Source: an uncultured bacterium
GTDB lineage: Bacteria; Margulisbacteria; WOR-1; CAVSGV01
NCBI GenBank assembly: GCA_963699255.1
Contig: OY969425.1
Span: 90,001-122,000 of the forward strand
Reading direction: 5' to 3'
Length of the DNA stretch: 32,000 nucleotides
In this document: positions 7,051-15,468 of the stretch, piece after piece
How positions within the stretch are numbered: the stretch's first letter is position 1
Layout of the letters: every line of letters begins with the position of its first letter
The notes under the pieces: generated by a model
Seen by the model: only the letters and a program-made list of their open reading frames with translations
Told to the model about the DNA's origin: nothing
Database searches by the model: none
Translations under genes and position numbers: made by a program

Positions 7051-7622
7051 GAGTAATAGCCGGACTCGCAAAAGGTAAAAAGCTGCGTTATCCAAAGCTT
7101 TCGAAGGACAAGAGGCTGCGTCCGTTGACGGGAAGGGCAAAAGGGGCCCTTTTTAATATTCTTGTCAGCAAAAATCCGGACGCCAGGTTCCTTGATCTGT
7201 TCGCGGGGACGGGATCCGTCGGGATCGAGGCTCTGTCCCGCGGAGCCGGTCTTGCTATCTTTGTGGAGTTTGACCTGAAAACGGTCCAGATATTGAGAGA
7301 AAATCTCGACCTAACGGGTTTTACGGACAGGGCAGAAGTATATTGCCTTGATGTCATTAAGGCAATAAAGATAATTGATAAGGCCAAAGGCAAATTTGAC
7401 ATAATATTCATCGGGGCTCCGTACGGAAGCCCGATGCTTGAAGAAACACTTAAGGCTCTGGCGGCAGCGGATATAGCGGACAGCAAAGCTGTCGTGGTGG
7501 CCGAACACAGTGCGAGGGACAAGGTTTCGGATGAATACGGAAAGCTGGTAAAGTTCAGGGATTCCAGATACGGGGACACGGTTCTATCGTTTTATAGCCT
7601 CACCCCTAACCCCTCTCCATGA
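7047..7622 (+). CDS. rsmD: 16S rRNA (guanine966-N2)-methyltransferase RsmD family, with atypical motif IV
   Basis: MRVIAGLAKGKKL...RPLTGRAKGALFNIL. SAM motif LDLFAGTGSVGIEALSRGA. GTGA overlap with the recG stop. Conserved rsmD-coaD pairing. The last 8 codons and the stop lie inside the 97-nt repeat. Confidence 0.85.
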   Translation: MRVIAGLAKGKKLRYPKLSKDKRLRPLTGRAKGALFNILVSKNPDARFLDLFAGTGSVGIEALSRGAGLAIFVEFDLKTVQILRENLDLTGFTDRAEVYCLDVIKAIKIIDKAKGKFDIIFIGAPYGSPMLEETLKALAAADIADSKAVVVAEHSARDKVSDEYGKLVKFRDSRYGDTVLSFYSLTPNPSP

Positions 7623-7694
7623 AATGGAGAGGGGAAAAATAGGCTGAAGTTATGTTTCCCTTCTCCACAAAGTGGAGAAGGGATAGGGATGAGG
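7598..7694 (+). repeat. 97-nt structured repeat, copy 1 (terminal inverted repeat plus two internal hairpins; MITE-like or structured-RNA-like)
   Basis: CCTCACCCCTAA | CCCCTCTCCAT-gaa-ATGGAGAGGGG | 23-nt linker | CCCTTCTCCAC-aaa-GTGGAGAAGGG | ATAGGGATGAGG. It has the same length and architecture as the copy at 29694-29790. Confidence 0.85.
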
Positions 7695-7707
7695 TAGGAA
7701 GGCATAG

Positions 7708-8208
7708 ATGAAGATAGCAGTTTATCCGGGCAGTTTTGACCCGGTAACAAATGGGCATGTTGATATAGTCGAGAGAGCCGCCAAGATATTCGATCTCGTC
7801 TATGTGGCTATCATAGCCAACCCCGAGAAAACCCCTTACTTTGACATTGATGAAAGAAAAGAAATGTTGAGAGCCGCTGTCCGCCATATAAAAAAAGCAA
7901 AGGTTGACAGTTTCAATGGCCTTCTTGTTGATTATGCCGCATCAAAAAGGGCATGCTCGATAGTAAGAGGCCTCAGGGCGGTATCTGATTTTGACTATGA
8001 ATTCCAGATGGCCCTTACGAACCTGAGGATGTGTCCCGAAATAGAGACGATCTTCATCATGACCGACTATAAATACTCGTATCTCAGTTCAAGTCTGGTG
8101 AAACAGATCGCTTCCCTCGGGGGAAATGTTTCAGGGCTTGTTCCAAAGACTGTATTAAATAAGCTGAAAAAAACTCCGGCGCTATACCGGGGCTTGTCCC
8201 GACCGTAG
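7708..8208 (+). CDS. coaD: Phosphopantetheine adenylyltransferase
   Basis: MKIAVYPGSFDPVTNGHVDIVERA (T/HxGH nucleotidyltransferase motif), 166 aa. An SD-like GAGGTAGGAAGG lies upstream. Confidence 0.95.
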   Translation: MKIAVYPGSFDPVTNGHVDIVERAAKIFDLVYVAIIANPEKTPYFDIDERKEMLRAAVRHIKKAKVDSFNGLLVDYAASKRACSIVRGLRAVSDFDYEFQMALTNLRMCPEIETIFIMTDYKYSYLSSSLVKQIASLGGNVSGLVPKTVLNKLKKTPALYRGLSRP

Positions 8209-8233
8209 TGTCGGGGAAGGGGAGGGATATAAT

Positions 8234-8704
8234 ATGGAAATACTGGGCCTTCTTGATACCCTTGAATCCATGATACTGGAGGGATTTAGGATACCTCTCA
8301 CAAGGAAAACGATAATAGACGAGGAAAAGGTCCTTCAGGTGGCGGATAAGATAAGGTTGGTCGCGCAGGGCGGAGGGGAGCTTGTAAAGAAAGCGATAGA
8401 TAAGAGGACCGTGCCGCCAAAGCAGGAAACAATTGAATTTGTCGAAGCTCGAAAAGAAATGGAAAAGGTGAAAGAAGGGCTTCCTGTCACGGCTGACAGC
8501 GAAGATAAAGCGACCGAGATCATTGAAAACGCATATAAGATCGCGAAAGAAGTGCGTATGGGAGCGGACAAATATGCCGATGAGGTCCTCTCTAACCTGG
8601 AAGTGACTTCCAGCAGGATCTTGAGGTCCGTGAAAGCGGGAAGGTCAAGGCTCGGGAGGTTCGTAACAGGCACATCAACACAGGAAACAAAGCGGGAAGA
8701 ATAG
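8234..8704 (+). CDS. Conserved hypothetical coiled-coil protein (function unknown)
   Basis: 156-aa ORF with a GGGGAGGG SD. The N-terminus MEILGLLDTLESMILEGFRIPLTRKTIIDEEKVL and the C-terminal AKEVRMGADKYADEVLSNLE resemble a widespread uncharacterised family, recalled from memory and not verified. Confidence 0.55.
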   Translation: MEILGLLDTLESMILEGFRIPLTRKTIIDEEKVLQVADKIRLVAQGGGELVKKAIDKRTVPPKQETIEFVEARKEMEKVKEGLPVTADSEDKATEIIENAYKIAKEVRMGADKYADEVLSNLEVTSSRILRSVKAGRSRLGRFVTGTSTQETKREE

Positions 8705-8729
8705 CGGATAAGGGGTGACGAATAAGGTG

Positions 8730-9449
8730 ATGAATCGTTTGGACGGCCGCCGTCCCGATGAACTGAGGAAAATAACGATAACGAGGAACTATCTGAAATA
8801 TCCGGATGGCTCTGTGCTTATCGAATGTGGGGATACAAAGGTCATCTGTACGGCTATTGTTGAAGAAAGCGTTCCGAACCATCGCAAGGGTTCAGGTGGC
8901 GGCTGGATATCCGCGGAATATGCAATGATCCCCGGCTCCACCGCTGAAAGAGTTCCCAGAGATACTCATTTTGGTAAGGTGAAGGGCAGGTCGCTTGAAA
9001 TACAGCGGCTTGTAGGGAGGGCATTAAGAGCTGTTGTTGACCTTGAAGCTATCGGGGAGATATCCTTTTTGATCGATGCGGATGTTATCCAGGCGGACGG
9101 AGGAACAAGGACGGCTTCGATAACAGGTTCTTTTGTCGCGCTATATGATGCCGTTAGCAAAGCTCTGGCAAAAGGACAGATCAAGAAGAACCCGATCAAG
9201 GAATTTCTGGCGGCTACATCCATTGGAGTGGTGGGAGGGAGCAGATATCTCGACCTGAATTATGAAGAGGATTCCCGTGCGGATGTGGATATGAACCTGG
9301 CAATGACCGAATCAGGGAAATTCGTTGAAGTCCAGGGAACGGCCGAGCAGATCCCTTTTGCCAGAAAAGCGCTTGATGAGATTTTGGACCTTGGGGCGGA
9401 AGGAATTAAGCACCTCATATCTATTCAACATAAGGTTTTGGGGGTATAA
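8730..9449 (+). CDS. rph: Ribonuclease PH
   Basis: [15 protein letters not shown]...[16 protein letters not shown]...[14 protein letters not shown]...[20 protein letters not shown]...[18 protein letters not shown]. The start is ATG 8730, or GTG 8715 as in the ORF track. Confidence 0.93.
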   Translation: MNRLDGRRPDELRKITITRNYLKYPDGSVLIECGDTKVICTAIVEESVPNHRKGSGGGWISAEYAMIPGSTAERVPRDTHFGKVKGRSLEIQRLVGRALRAVVDLEAIGEISFLIDADVIQADGGTRTASITGSFVALYDAVSKALAKGQIKKNPIKEFLAATSIGVVGGSRYLDLNYEEDSRADVDMNLAMTESGKFVEVQGTAEQIPFARKALDEILDLGAEGIKHLISIQHKVLGV

Positions 9450-9452
9450 ACT

Positions 9453-10763
9453 ATGAAAATATGCGTTATCGGTACCGGATATGTAGGGCTTGTTACCGGA
9501 GCTTGCCTGGCAGGCCTTGGGAATGAAGTTATCTGCGTCGACAAGGACAAAACAAGAGTTACCAGCCTGCAAAGGTCCATTATTCCTTTTTATGAACCGG
9601 GATTGAAGGAGCTGGTTTTAAAAAATCAAAGAGCAAAGCGCATCATGTTCACAACGAACATAAAGGACGGAGTCGGGAAGTCAGAGATCGTTTTTATCGC
9701 TGTCGGGACTCCGCCCAGAGAAAGCGGCGAAGCGGACGTATCCGCCGTTATCAATGTGGCTGGCCAGATCGCGTCAACCTTCAAGTCTGATGGAAAGATG
9801 GGCAGGAAATTCAAGGTGATCGTGAACAAGAGCACCGTTCCGGTCGGCATGGGGGACATCGTCACGAAGATATTGATCAAGAAAGGCGTATCGGATAAGA
9901 ATTTTGCTGTTGTATCGAACCCCGAATTTTTGAGAGAAGGGACAGCTGTATCCGATTTTATGTCGCCGGACAGGATAGTGATCGGCGCGCCGAACAGCAG
10001 GGCTTTCAATGTCATTACGGAGCTTTACCGTCCGCTGAACGCGCACATGATCTTTACCACCGTGAAGAGCGCAGAGCTCATAAAGTACGCTTCAAATTCA
10101 TTCCTTGCGACAAAGATCTCTTTCATCAATGAAATAGCGAATATCTGCGAAGAGGTCGGCTCGGATGTTGTTGAGGTCGCTTACGGCATGGGACTGGATA
10201 AGCGCATAGGCAGGGAATTTCTGAATGCCGGCATCGGCTACGGAGGTTCTTGTCTGCCAAAGGATGTTTCTGCGCTGATCCATCTCGCAAAAGCGAACGG
10301 ATACGATCCCCAGATATTGGTCGCCGTGAACAGGACGAACGAGGAACAGAGAAAGAAGATCGTTGAAAAAATGGAAGGTGTTTTGAAATCGCTGAAAGGC
10401 AAGACCATCGGAGTGCTCGGGCTTTCATTCAAGCCCGAAACCGACGATCTCCGTGACGCGCCGTCGATCGAGATCATACAGGAACTTCGAAGCAGGGGAG
10501 CAAAAGTAATGGCATACGATCCGGTAGCCGCGGTCAAAGCAAAGAAGTTCCTGGATGGCGTTGTTTTTTGCGATACCGCATATGACGCCGTTAGGAAAGC
10601 GGATGCGGCCATTGTCACGGCCGAATGGGGGGAGTTCAGGGAACTGGACATGGACAAGATCAAGTCATCGATGAGATCCCCGGTGATCTTTGACGGCAGA
10701 AATATTTATAACCCGAAGAGAATGAAAGAACTCGGCTTTAAATATTACGGGGTAGGGAGATAA
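9453..10763 (+). CDS. ugd: UDP-glucose 6-dehydrogenase
   Basis: MKICVIGTGYVGLVTGACLA (Rossmann fold). Catalytic-Cys motif GIGYGGSCLPKDV. C-terminal UDP-binding region LGLSFKPETDDLRDAP. 436 aa. Confidence 0.95.
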   Translation: MKICVIGTGYVGLVTGACLAGLGNEVICVDKDKTRVTSLQRSIIPFYEPGLKELVLKNQRAKRIMFTTNIKDGVGKSEIVFIAVGTPPRESGEADVSAVINVAGQIASTFKSDGKMGRKFKVIVNKSTVPVGMGDIVTKILIKKGVSDKNFAVVSNPEFLREGTAVSDFMSPDRIVIGAPNSRAFNVITELYRPLNAHMIFTTVKSAELIKYASNSFLATKISFINEIANICEEVGSDVVEVAYGMGLDKRIGREFLNAGIGYGGSCLPKDVSALIHLAKANGYDPQILVAVNRTNEEQRKKIVEKMEGVLKSLKGKTIGVLGLSFKPETDDLRDAPSIEIIQELRSRGAKVMAYDPVAAVKAKKFLDGVVFCDTAYDAVRKADAAIVTAEWGEFRELDMDKIKSSMRSPVIFDGRNIYNPKRMKELGFKYYGVGR

Positions 10764-11687
10764 TTGAAAATACTCGTTACCGGCGGAGCCGGGTTTATCG
10801 GCTCCCACTTGTGCGACTTTCTCCTTGAAAAAGGCCACTTTGTCATATGCGTGGATAATCTTCTTACGGGCAATATAAAGAACATAAGGCATAATCTCCA
10901 GAACAAAAGATTTGAATTCTTGAAACACGATATCATCAAGCCATTAAAATTCCCCGGCAGGCTCGATCATATCCTTCACTTTGCCTCTCCCGCCAGCCCG
11001 GTCGATTACATGAATTATCCACTGGAAACTCTCGATGTCGGCTCGTTCGGCACAAAGAACATGCTTGAGCTTGCGAGAAAGAAGAAAGCCAGGCTCATAC
11101 TGGCTTCAACCTCCGAAGTTTACGGTGATCCGAAAGTATCTCCTCAGGAGGAGGGGTATTTTGGGAACGTTAATTCGGTCGGGCCAAGGTCAGTATATGA
11201 TGAGGCAAAACGTTTTGCCGAAGCATTGACTTCGGCATACACCAGGGAAAAGCTCGTTGAGGGAAAGATCGTCAGGATATTCAACACATACGGGCCCAGA
11301 ATGGGACTTGATGACGGACGCGTTGTCCCAAACTTCATCAAGCAGGCCTTGACAGGACAGGCTTTGACCATATACGGGGACGGAAGCCAGACGAGGAGCT
11401 TTTGCTATGTGTCAGACCTGGTCTCGGGAATATATAAGCTGATGTATGCAAAGATAAGCGGGCCTGTAAATCTGGGGAACCCTAAAGAACTGAAGATCAT
11501 CGATTTCGCGGACGTCATCGTCAAGTTGACCGGGAGCAAAAGCAAGATCGTTTTTAAGCCTCTTCCGCAGGATGATCCAAAGCAGAGGCGCCCGGACATT
11601 TCAAAGGCAAAAAAAGAGCTGTCGTGGAGTCCGGAAGTAAGCCTCGAAGAAGGACTTAAAAAGACCATAGAGTGGTTCTCAAAATAG
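10764..11687 (+). CDS. uxs: UDP-glucuronate decarboxylase (UDP-xylose synthase)
   Basis: [16 protein letters not shown]...[10 protein letters not shown]...[40 protein letters not shown]...[10 protein letters not shown]...[13 protein letters not shown]...[16 protein letters not shown]. This is the classic UXS signature. TTG start directly after the ugd stop. Confidence 0.9.
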   Translation: MKILVTGGAGFIGSHLCDFLLEKGHFVICVDNLLTGNIKNIRHNLQNKRFEFLKHDIIKPLKFPGRLDHILHFASPASPVDYMNYPLETLDVGSFGTKNMLELARKKKARLILASTSEVYGDPKVSPQEEGYFGNVNSVGPRSVYDEAKRFAEALTSAYTREKLVEGKIVRIFNTYGPRMGLDDGRVVPNFIKQALTGQALTIYGDGSQTRSFCYVSDLVSGIYKLMYAKISGPVNLGNPKELKIIDFADVIVKLTGSKSKIVFKPLPQDDPKQRRPDISKAKKELSWSPEVSLEEGLKKTIEWFSK

Positions 11688-11734
11688 CAACTTGATTTTC
11701 CGCGGAATGGAATTGCCAGAGGGGATGGGTTGAT

Positions 11735-12685
11735 ATGGCAAAGAAGGCGTTCATAACGGGCGGTGCGGGGTTTATCGGCAGCCACCTGGTCGATAGACTG
11801 GCGAAAAAGGGATGGCATGTCACCGTATATGATAATTTGTCTTCCGGAAAAGAAAGCTTCATCAGGCATCACTTAGGCAGGAAATATTTTAAATTCATCA
11901 GGGCTGATCTTCTTGACCTCAAAAAGCTGAAAAAGAGCGTTCGGGGACATGATGTTGTTTTTCATCTGGCGGCAAATCCCGATATACGGTACGGGATAAA
12001 ATTTACCGATGTGGACCTTAAGCAAAATACGATAGCGACCTATAATGTGCTTGAATCAATGCGTCTCGCGGGCATAAAAGAGATCATCTTTGCTTCCACT
12101 TCAACGATATATGGTGAGCCCGCGATCATGCCTACGCCCGAGGATTATGGGCCTCTCTATCCAATTTCGCTTTATGGGGCAAGCAAGCTGGCTTGCGAGG
12201 CGCTTTGCACTTCTTTCTCCCACACTTTCAAAATGAAATGCTGGATATTCCGGTTCGCAAACATCGTTGGAGGAAGAGGTACCCACGGACTTATCTACGA
12301 CTTTATCGCAAAACTCAGGAAAGACCCCCAAAAACTCGAGATACTCGGGGATGGCAGACAGACCAAATCCTATCTTTTGGTCGATGACTGTGTGGACGCG
12401 ATGCTGTATGTTCATGAACGAAGCAGGGAACAGTTCAATGTTTTCAATCTCGGAAGCAGGGATCGGGTAAATATTAAAACCATCGCCGGGATCCTCACCG
12501 GTAAAATGGGACTGAGAGATGCGAAGTTCTCGTTTACGGGAGGAAAGCGCGGGTGGCCGGGAGATGTCCCCCGGATGTTCCTTGCCGTCGGCAAACTCTC
12601 AAGGCTCGGGTTTAAGGCCGGGCACAATTCAAGAGAAGCCGTGGAAATAGCCATAGAAAGGATGCTCGGGGAGTGCAGGCGGTAA
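11735..12685 (+). CDS. NAD-dependent sugar epimerase/dehydratase (extended SDR, GalE-like; substrate unknown)
   Basis: [27 protein letters not shown] and a YxxxK catalytic motif (YGASKLACE). 316 aa. Confidence 0.85.
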   Translation: MAKKAFITGGAGFIGSHLVDRLAKKGWHVTVYDNLSSGKESFIRHHLGRKYFKFIRADLLDLKKLKKSVRGHDVVFHLAANPDIRYGIKFTDVDLKQNTIATYNVLESMRLAGIKEIIFASTSTIYGEPAIMPTPEDYGPLYPISLYGASKLACEALCTSFSHTFKMKCWIFRFANIVGGRGTHGLIYDFIAKLRKDPQKLEILGDGRQTKSYLLVDDCVDAMLYVHERSREQFNVFNLGSRDRVNIKTIAGILTGKMGLRDAKFSFTGGKRGWPGDVPRMFLAVGKLSRLGFKAGHNSREAVEIAIERMLGECRR

Positions 12686-13404
12686 TTTTAGCCGGCGGTG
12701 CGGGCACCAGGCTCAGGCCTTTGACACTGGCTGTCCCGAAGCCGATGATAAAGATAAACGGGAAGCCGTTTTTGCAATATATTCTCGAAGAACTTAAAAA
12801 ATACGGGGTCAGGGATATTATCCTTTGCGTCGGATATTTAGCGGATAAGTTCAAGGAATATTTTGGCGACGGCTCAAAATTGGGTATCAATCTGTCATAT
12901 TCGGTTGAGCGTGAGTTCCTCGGCACAGCGGGGGCTGTAAAACTTGCCGAGAAATATCTGGAGGATGATTTTGTATTGATGAACGGGGACACTTATTTGC
13001 CGATCGATTATGCGGAAATATATGGTGAGTTCAAGAAGTCGGGAAAAATGGGACTGATGGTCGTTTATGACAACAGGGAAAAAGTCGCCCTGGAGAATGT
13101 TTCGGTTGACGACCAGGGGCTGGTGGATGCTTACGAGAAGAAGGAGCCCTTAAAAAAAGGCGATCAGCTGGTTGAGGTCAAGACAGGCCCGTCAAAAGAT
13201 TATAAATATGTGGATGCGGGCGTATATGTTTTTAACAGGGATATTCTTAAGCTCATCGAGAGGGGCAGGTTCGTTTCTCTTGAGGGTGATGTCTATCCCG
13301 AGCTTATTAAAAGCCGGCAGCTTAAGGCACACATAACCTCTAAAAGATATTATGACCTGGGAACGCCGGAGAGAATGGAGCTAATAAAGGGGCTGCTTAA
13401 ATGA
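12673..13404 (+). CDS. hddC: Sugar-1-phosphate nucleotidyltransferase, probable D-glycero-alpha-D-manno-heptose-1-phosphate guanylyltransferase
   Basis: QAVILAGGAGTRLRPLTLAVPKPMIKINGKPFL signature. Operon context with a GHMP heptose kinase, GmhA and GmhB. GTG start overlaps the upstream gene by 13 nt. Confidence 0.75.
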   Translation: MQAVILAGGAGTRLRPLTLAVPKPMIKINGKPFLQYILEELKKYGVRDIILCVGYLADKFKEYFGDGSKLGINLSYSVEREFLGTAGAVKLAEKYLEDDFVLMNGDTYLPIDYAEIYGEFKKSGKMGLMVVYDNREKVALENVSVDDQGLVDAYEKKEPLKKGDQLVEVKTGPSKDYKYVDAGVYVFNRDILKLIERGRFVSLEGDVYPELIKSRQLKAHITSKRYYDLGTPERMELIKGLLK

Positions 13405-14381
13405 TAATCTCAAGGACGCCGTTAAGGATAAGCTTTTTTGGCGGAGGGACCGACCTTAAGGAATTCTATGGGCTTGAGGGAGGGGCGGTGCTTTCAACGG
13501 CGATCGACAAGTATATCTTTGCGACCGTGAACAAGAAATTCGATGAACACATAAGGGTTTCTTATTCTGAGACCGAGATCGTTGAGCGTGTTGATCAGAT
13601 CCGCCATGATCTTGTCAGGGAAGCGATGAAACTCGCGGGGGTGCTGAAAGGGATCGAGATGACCACGATCGCGGACATCCCGTCCCAGGGGACAGGGCTT
13701 GGTTCATCCAGCACTTTTACCGTCGGGATACTTAATGCGCTTCACGCCTATAAAGGCGAATATGTTTCCGCCGAAACTCTGGCGAACGAAGCGTGCAAAA
13801 TAGAAATAGATATCGTAGGAGAGCCGATCGGTAAACAGGACCAGTACATCGCCTCTTACGGCGGATTTCAATTCATACAATTCAACAAGGACGGCTCGGT
13901 CTTCGTTGATCCGATCGTCTGCAGCGGAGAACTGAAAGAGGAGCTTTGCGGCAATCTTATGCTTTTCTATACGGGCGTTACCCGCAGGGCGAACACGATA
14001 CTTGCCGAACAGAAAAAAAAGGCATCGAACGACAAGATAAAAGAGCTCAAAGCGCTAAAGGACCTGGCTGTTATTTCCCGCAGATCATTGGAAGTGGATC
14101 AGTCTATCGATCAATTTGGGAGATTGCTTGATGAAGGTTGGAAGTTAAAGAAATCCCTGGCGAGCGGAATATCGAACGCCGAGATCGACGCGATGTATGA
14201 AAAAGCAAAAAAGGCGGGGGCGCTGGGGGGAAAGATAACCGGGGCGGGCGGCGGAGGGTTCCTCCTGCTGTATGTCCCCGGGAACAGGCAGGAGCATGTG
14301 AGGAGCGCGCTGCATCCGCTCAGGCAGATCGATTTCAAATTTGAGCCGCAGGGAAGCAAGATAATTTACGTCACGGATTAG
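13401..14381 (+). CDS. hddA: GHMP-family sugar kinase, probable D-glycero-alpha-D-manno-heptose-7-phosphate kinase
   Basis: MIISRTPLRISFFGGGTDL N-terminus. GHMP motif PSQGTGLGSSSTF. C-terminal GKITGAGGGGFLLLY. ATGA overlap with hddC. Confidence 0.8.
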   Translation: MIISRTPLRISFFGGGTDLKEFYGLEGGAVLSTAIDKYIFATVNKKFDEHIRVSYSETEIVERVDQIRHDLVREAMKLAGVLKGIEMTTIADIPSQGTGLGSSSTFTVGILNALHAYKGEYVSAETLANEACKIEIDIVGEPIGKQDQYIASYGGFQFIQFNKDGSVFVDPIVCSGELKEELCGNLMLFYTGVTRRANTILAEQKKKASNDKIKELKALKDLAVISRRSLEVDQSIDQFGRLLDEGWKLKKSLASGISNAEIDAMYEKAKKAGALGGKITGAGGGGFLLLYVPGNRQEHVRSALHPLRQIDFKFEPQGSKIIYVTD

Positions 14382-14393
14382 GAGGGGATAACA

Positions 14394-14972
14394 ATGCCGG
14401 GAAAATTCGCGAAGCAATATCTATCCGAGCTTGTCGACAGCATAAACGATCTCCCTTTTGACGGGATCAGGGAAGTCGTGAGCGTATTGAAAGAGGCTTA
14501 CAGAAAAGGGAGACATGTCTTTATCATGGGGAACGGCGGAAGCGCGGCCACGGCGTCCCATTTTGTGTGCGACCTTTCCAAGGGAACACGGGTTTCCGGA
14601 AAAAAACATTTTAAGGCCATAGGGCTGATCGACAATGTGCCTCTTCTTACCGCGTGGAGCAACGACGTCACCTTTAAAGATGTATTTAAAGCGCAGCTCG
14701 AAAACCTTCTAAGCGCGGGGGACGTAGTCGTCGTTTTTACCGGCAGCGGTAATTCCCCGAACGTTCTGGAAGCGGCAAAATACGCCAAAAAAATTAAAGC
14801 CAAAACAATAGCTTTTACGGGGTTCAACGGGGGCAAGATCAAGAAACTGGCCGATGTTTGCCTGATTGTTCCTTCAAATAACATGGAGAGGATCGAAGAC
14901 CTCCATCTGATCCTGGAGCACCTTATCAAGCTTTACCTATGGGAGGAGATCCGTGAAGGTCGTCTTTCTTGA
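14394..14972 (+). CDS. gmhA: Phosphoheptose isomerase (SIS domain)
   Basis: IMGNGGSAATASHFVCDLSKG and FTGSGNSPNVLEA SIS motifs. 192 aa. AGGAGG SD. Confidence 0.9.
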   Translation: MPGKFAKQYLSELVDSINDLPFDGIREVVSVLKEAYRKGRHVFIMGNGGSAATASHFVCDLSKGTRVSGKKHFKAIGLIDNVPLLTAWSNDVTFKDVFKAQLENLLSAGDVVVVFTGSGNSPNVLEAAKYAKKIKAKTIAFTGFNGGKIKKLADVCLIVPSNNMERIEDLHLILEHLIKLYLWEEIREGRLS

Positions 14973-15444
14973 CAGGGACGGCGTAATAAACAAAAAGATC
15001 GAGAACGGCTACGTTCTTTACTGGAAGGACTTTGAATTCCTTCCGGACGTTGATAAGGCAATAAAGCTGCTTAACGAGAACAGGATCCCCGTCATCGTGA
15101 TAAGCAATCAAGCGTGTGTCGGAAAGGGGCTTATTACCAGGCGGAGGCTTGACGATATTAATGGAAGGATGATGGAGGAATTGAAGAAGAAAGGGGCGCA
15201 TATTGACGATATTTTCGTTTGCCCCCACAAAGCCGAGGATGACTGCGGCTGCAGGAAACCAAGAACGGGGTTGTTCAAGCAGGCTTCTGAAAAACATGAT
15301 ATTGATTTCAAGGGCTCGTTATTCATCGGGGACAGCCCGGAAGACGCGGGGGCCGGATGCGGCGCGGGATGCAATACTTATCTTTTAAAAAATGGGGAAA
15401 ACCTCATGTCCGTGGTTGAAAAGGCTTTAAAGCAGCTTAAATGA
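14953..15444 (+). CDS. gmhB: D-glycero-D-manno-heptose 1,7-bisphosphate phosphatase (HAD-IIIA)
   Basis: VFLDRDGVIN (DxDGT/V nucleophile motif). Zn-binding CPHKAEDDCGCRKPRTGL. FIGDSPED. GTG start overlaps gmhA by 20 nt. Confidence 0.85.
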   Translation: MKVVFLDRDGVINKKIENGYVLYWKDFEFLPDVDKAIKLLNENRIPVIVISNQACVGKGLITRRRLDDINGRMMEELKKKGAHIDDIFVCPHKAEDDCGCRKPRTGLFKQASEKHDIDFKGSLFIGDSPEDAGAGCGAGCNTYLLKNGENLMSVVEKALKQLK

Positions 15445-15468
15445 GAACAGGAGCATCCGTGATCAAGC

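Noticed and set aside
8197-8216. Small hairpin TCCCGAC-cgtagt-GTCGGGG at the coaD stop codon.
   Set aside because: It has only a 6-7 bp stem and no U-tract, and the next gene starts 18 nt later in the same operon-like block. There is not enough evidence for a feature.
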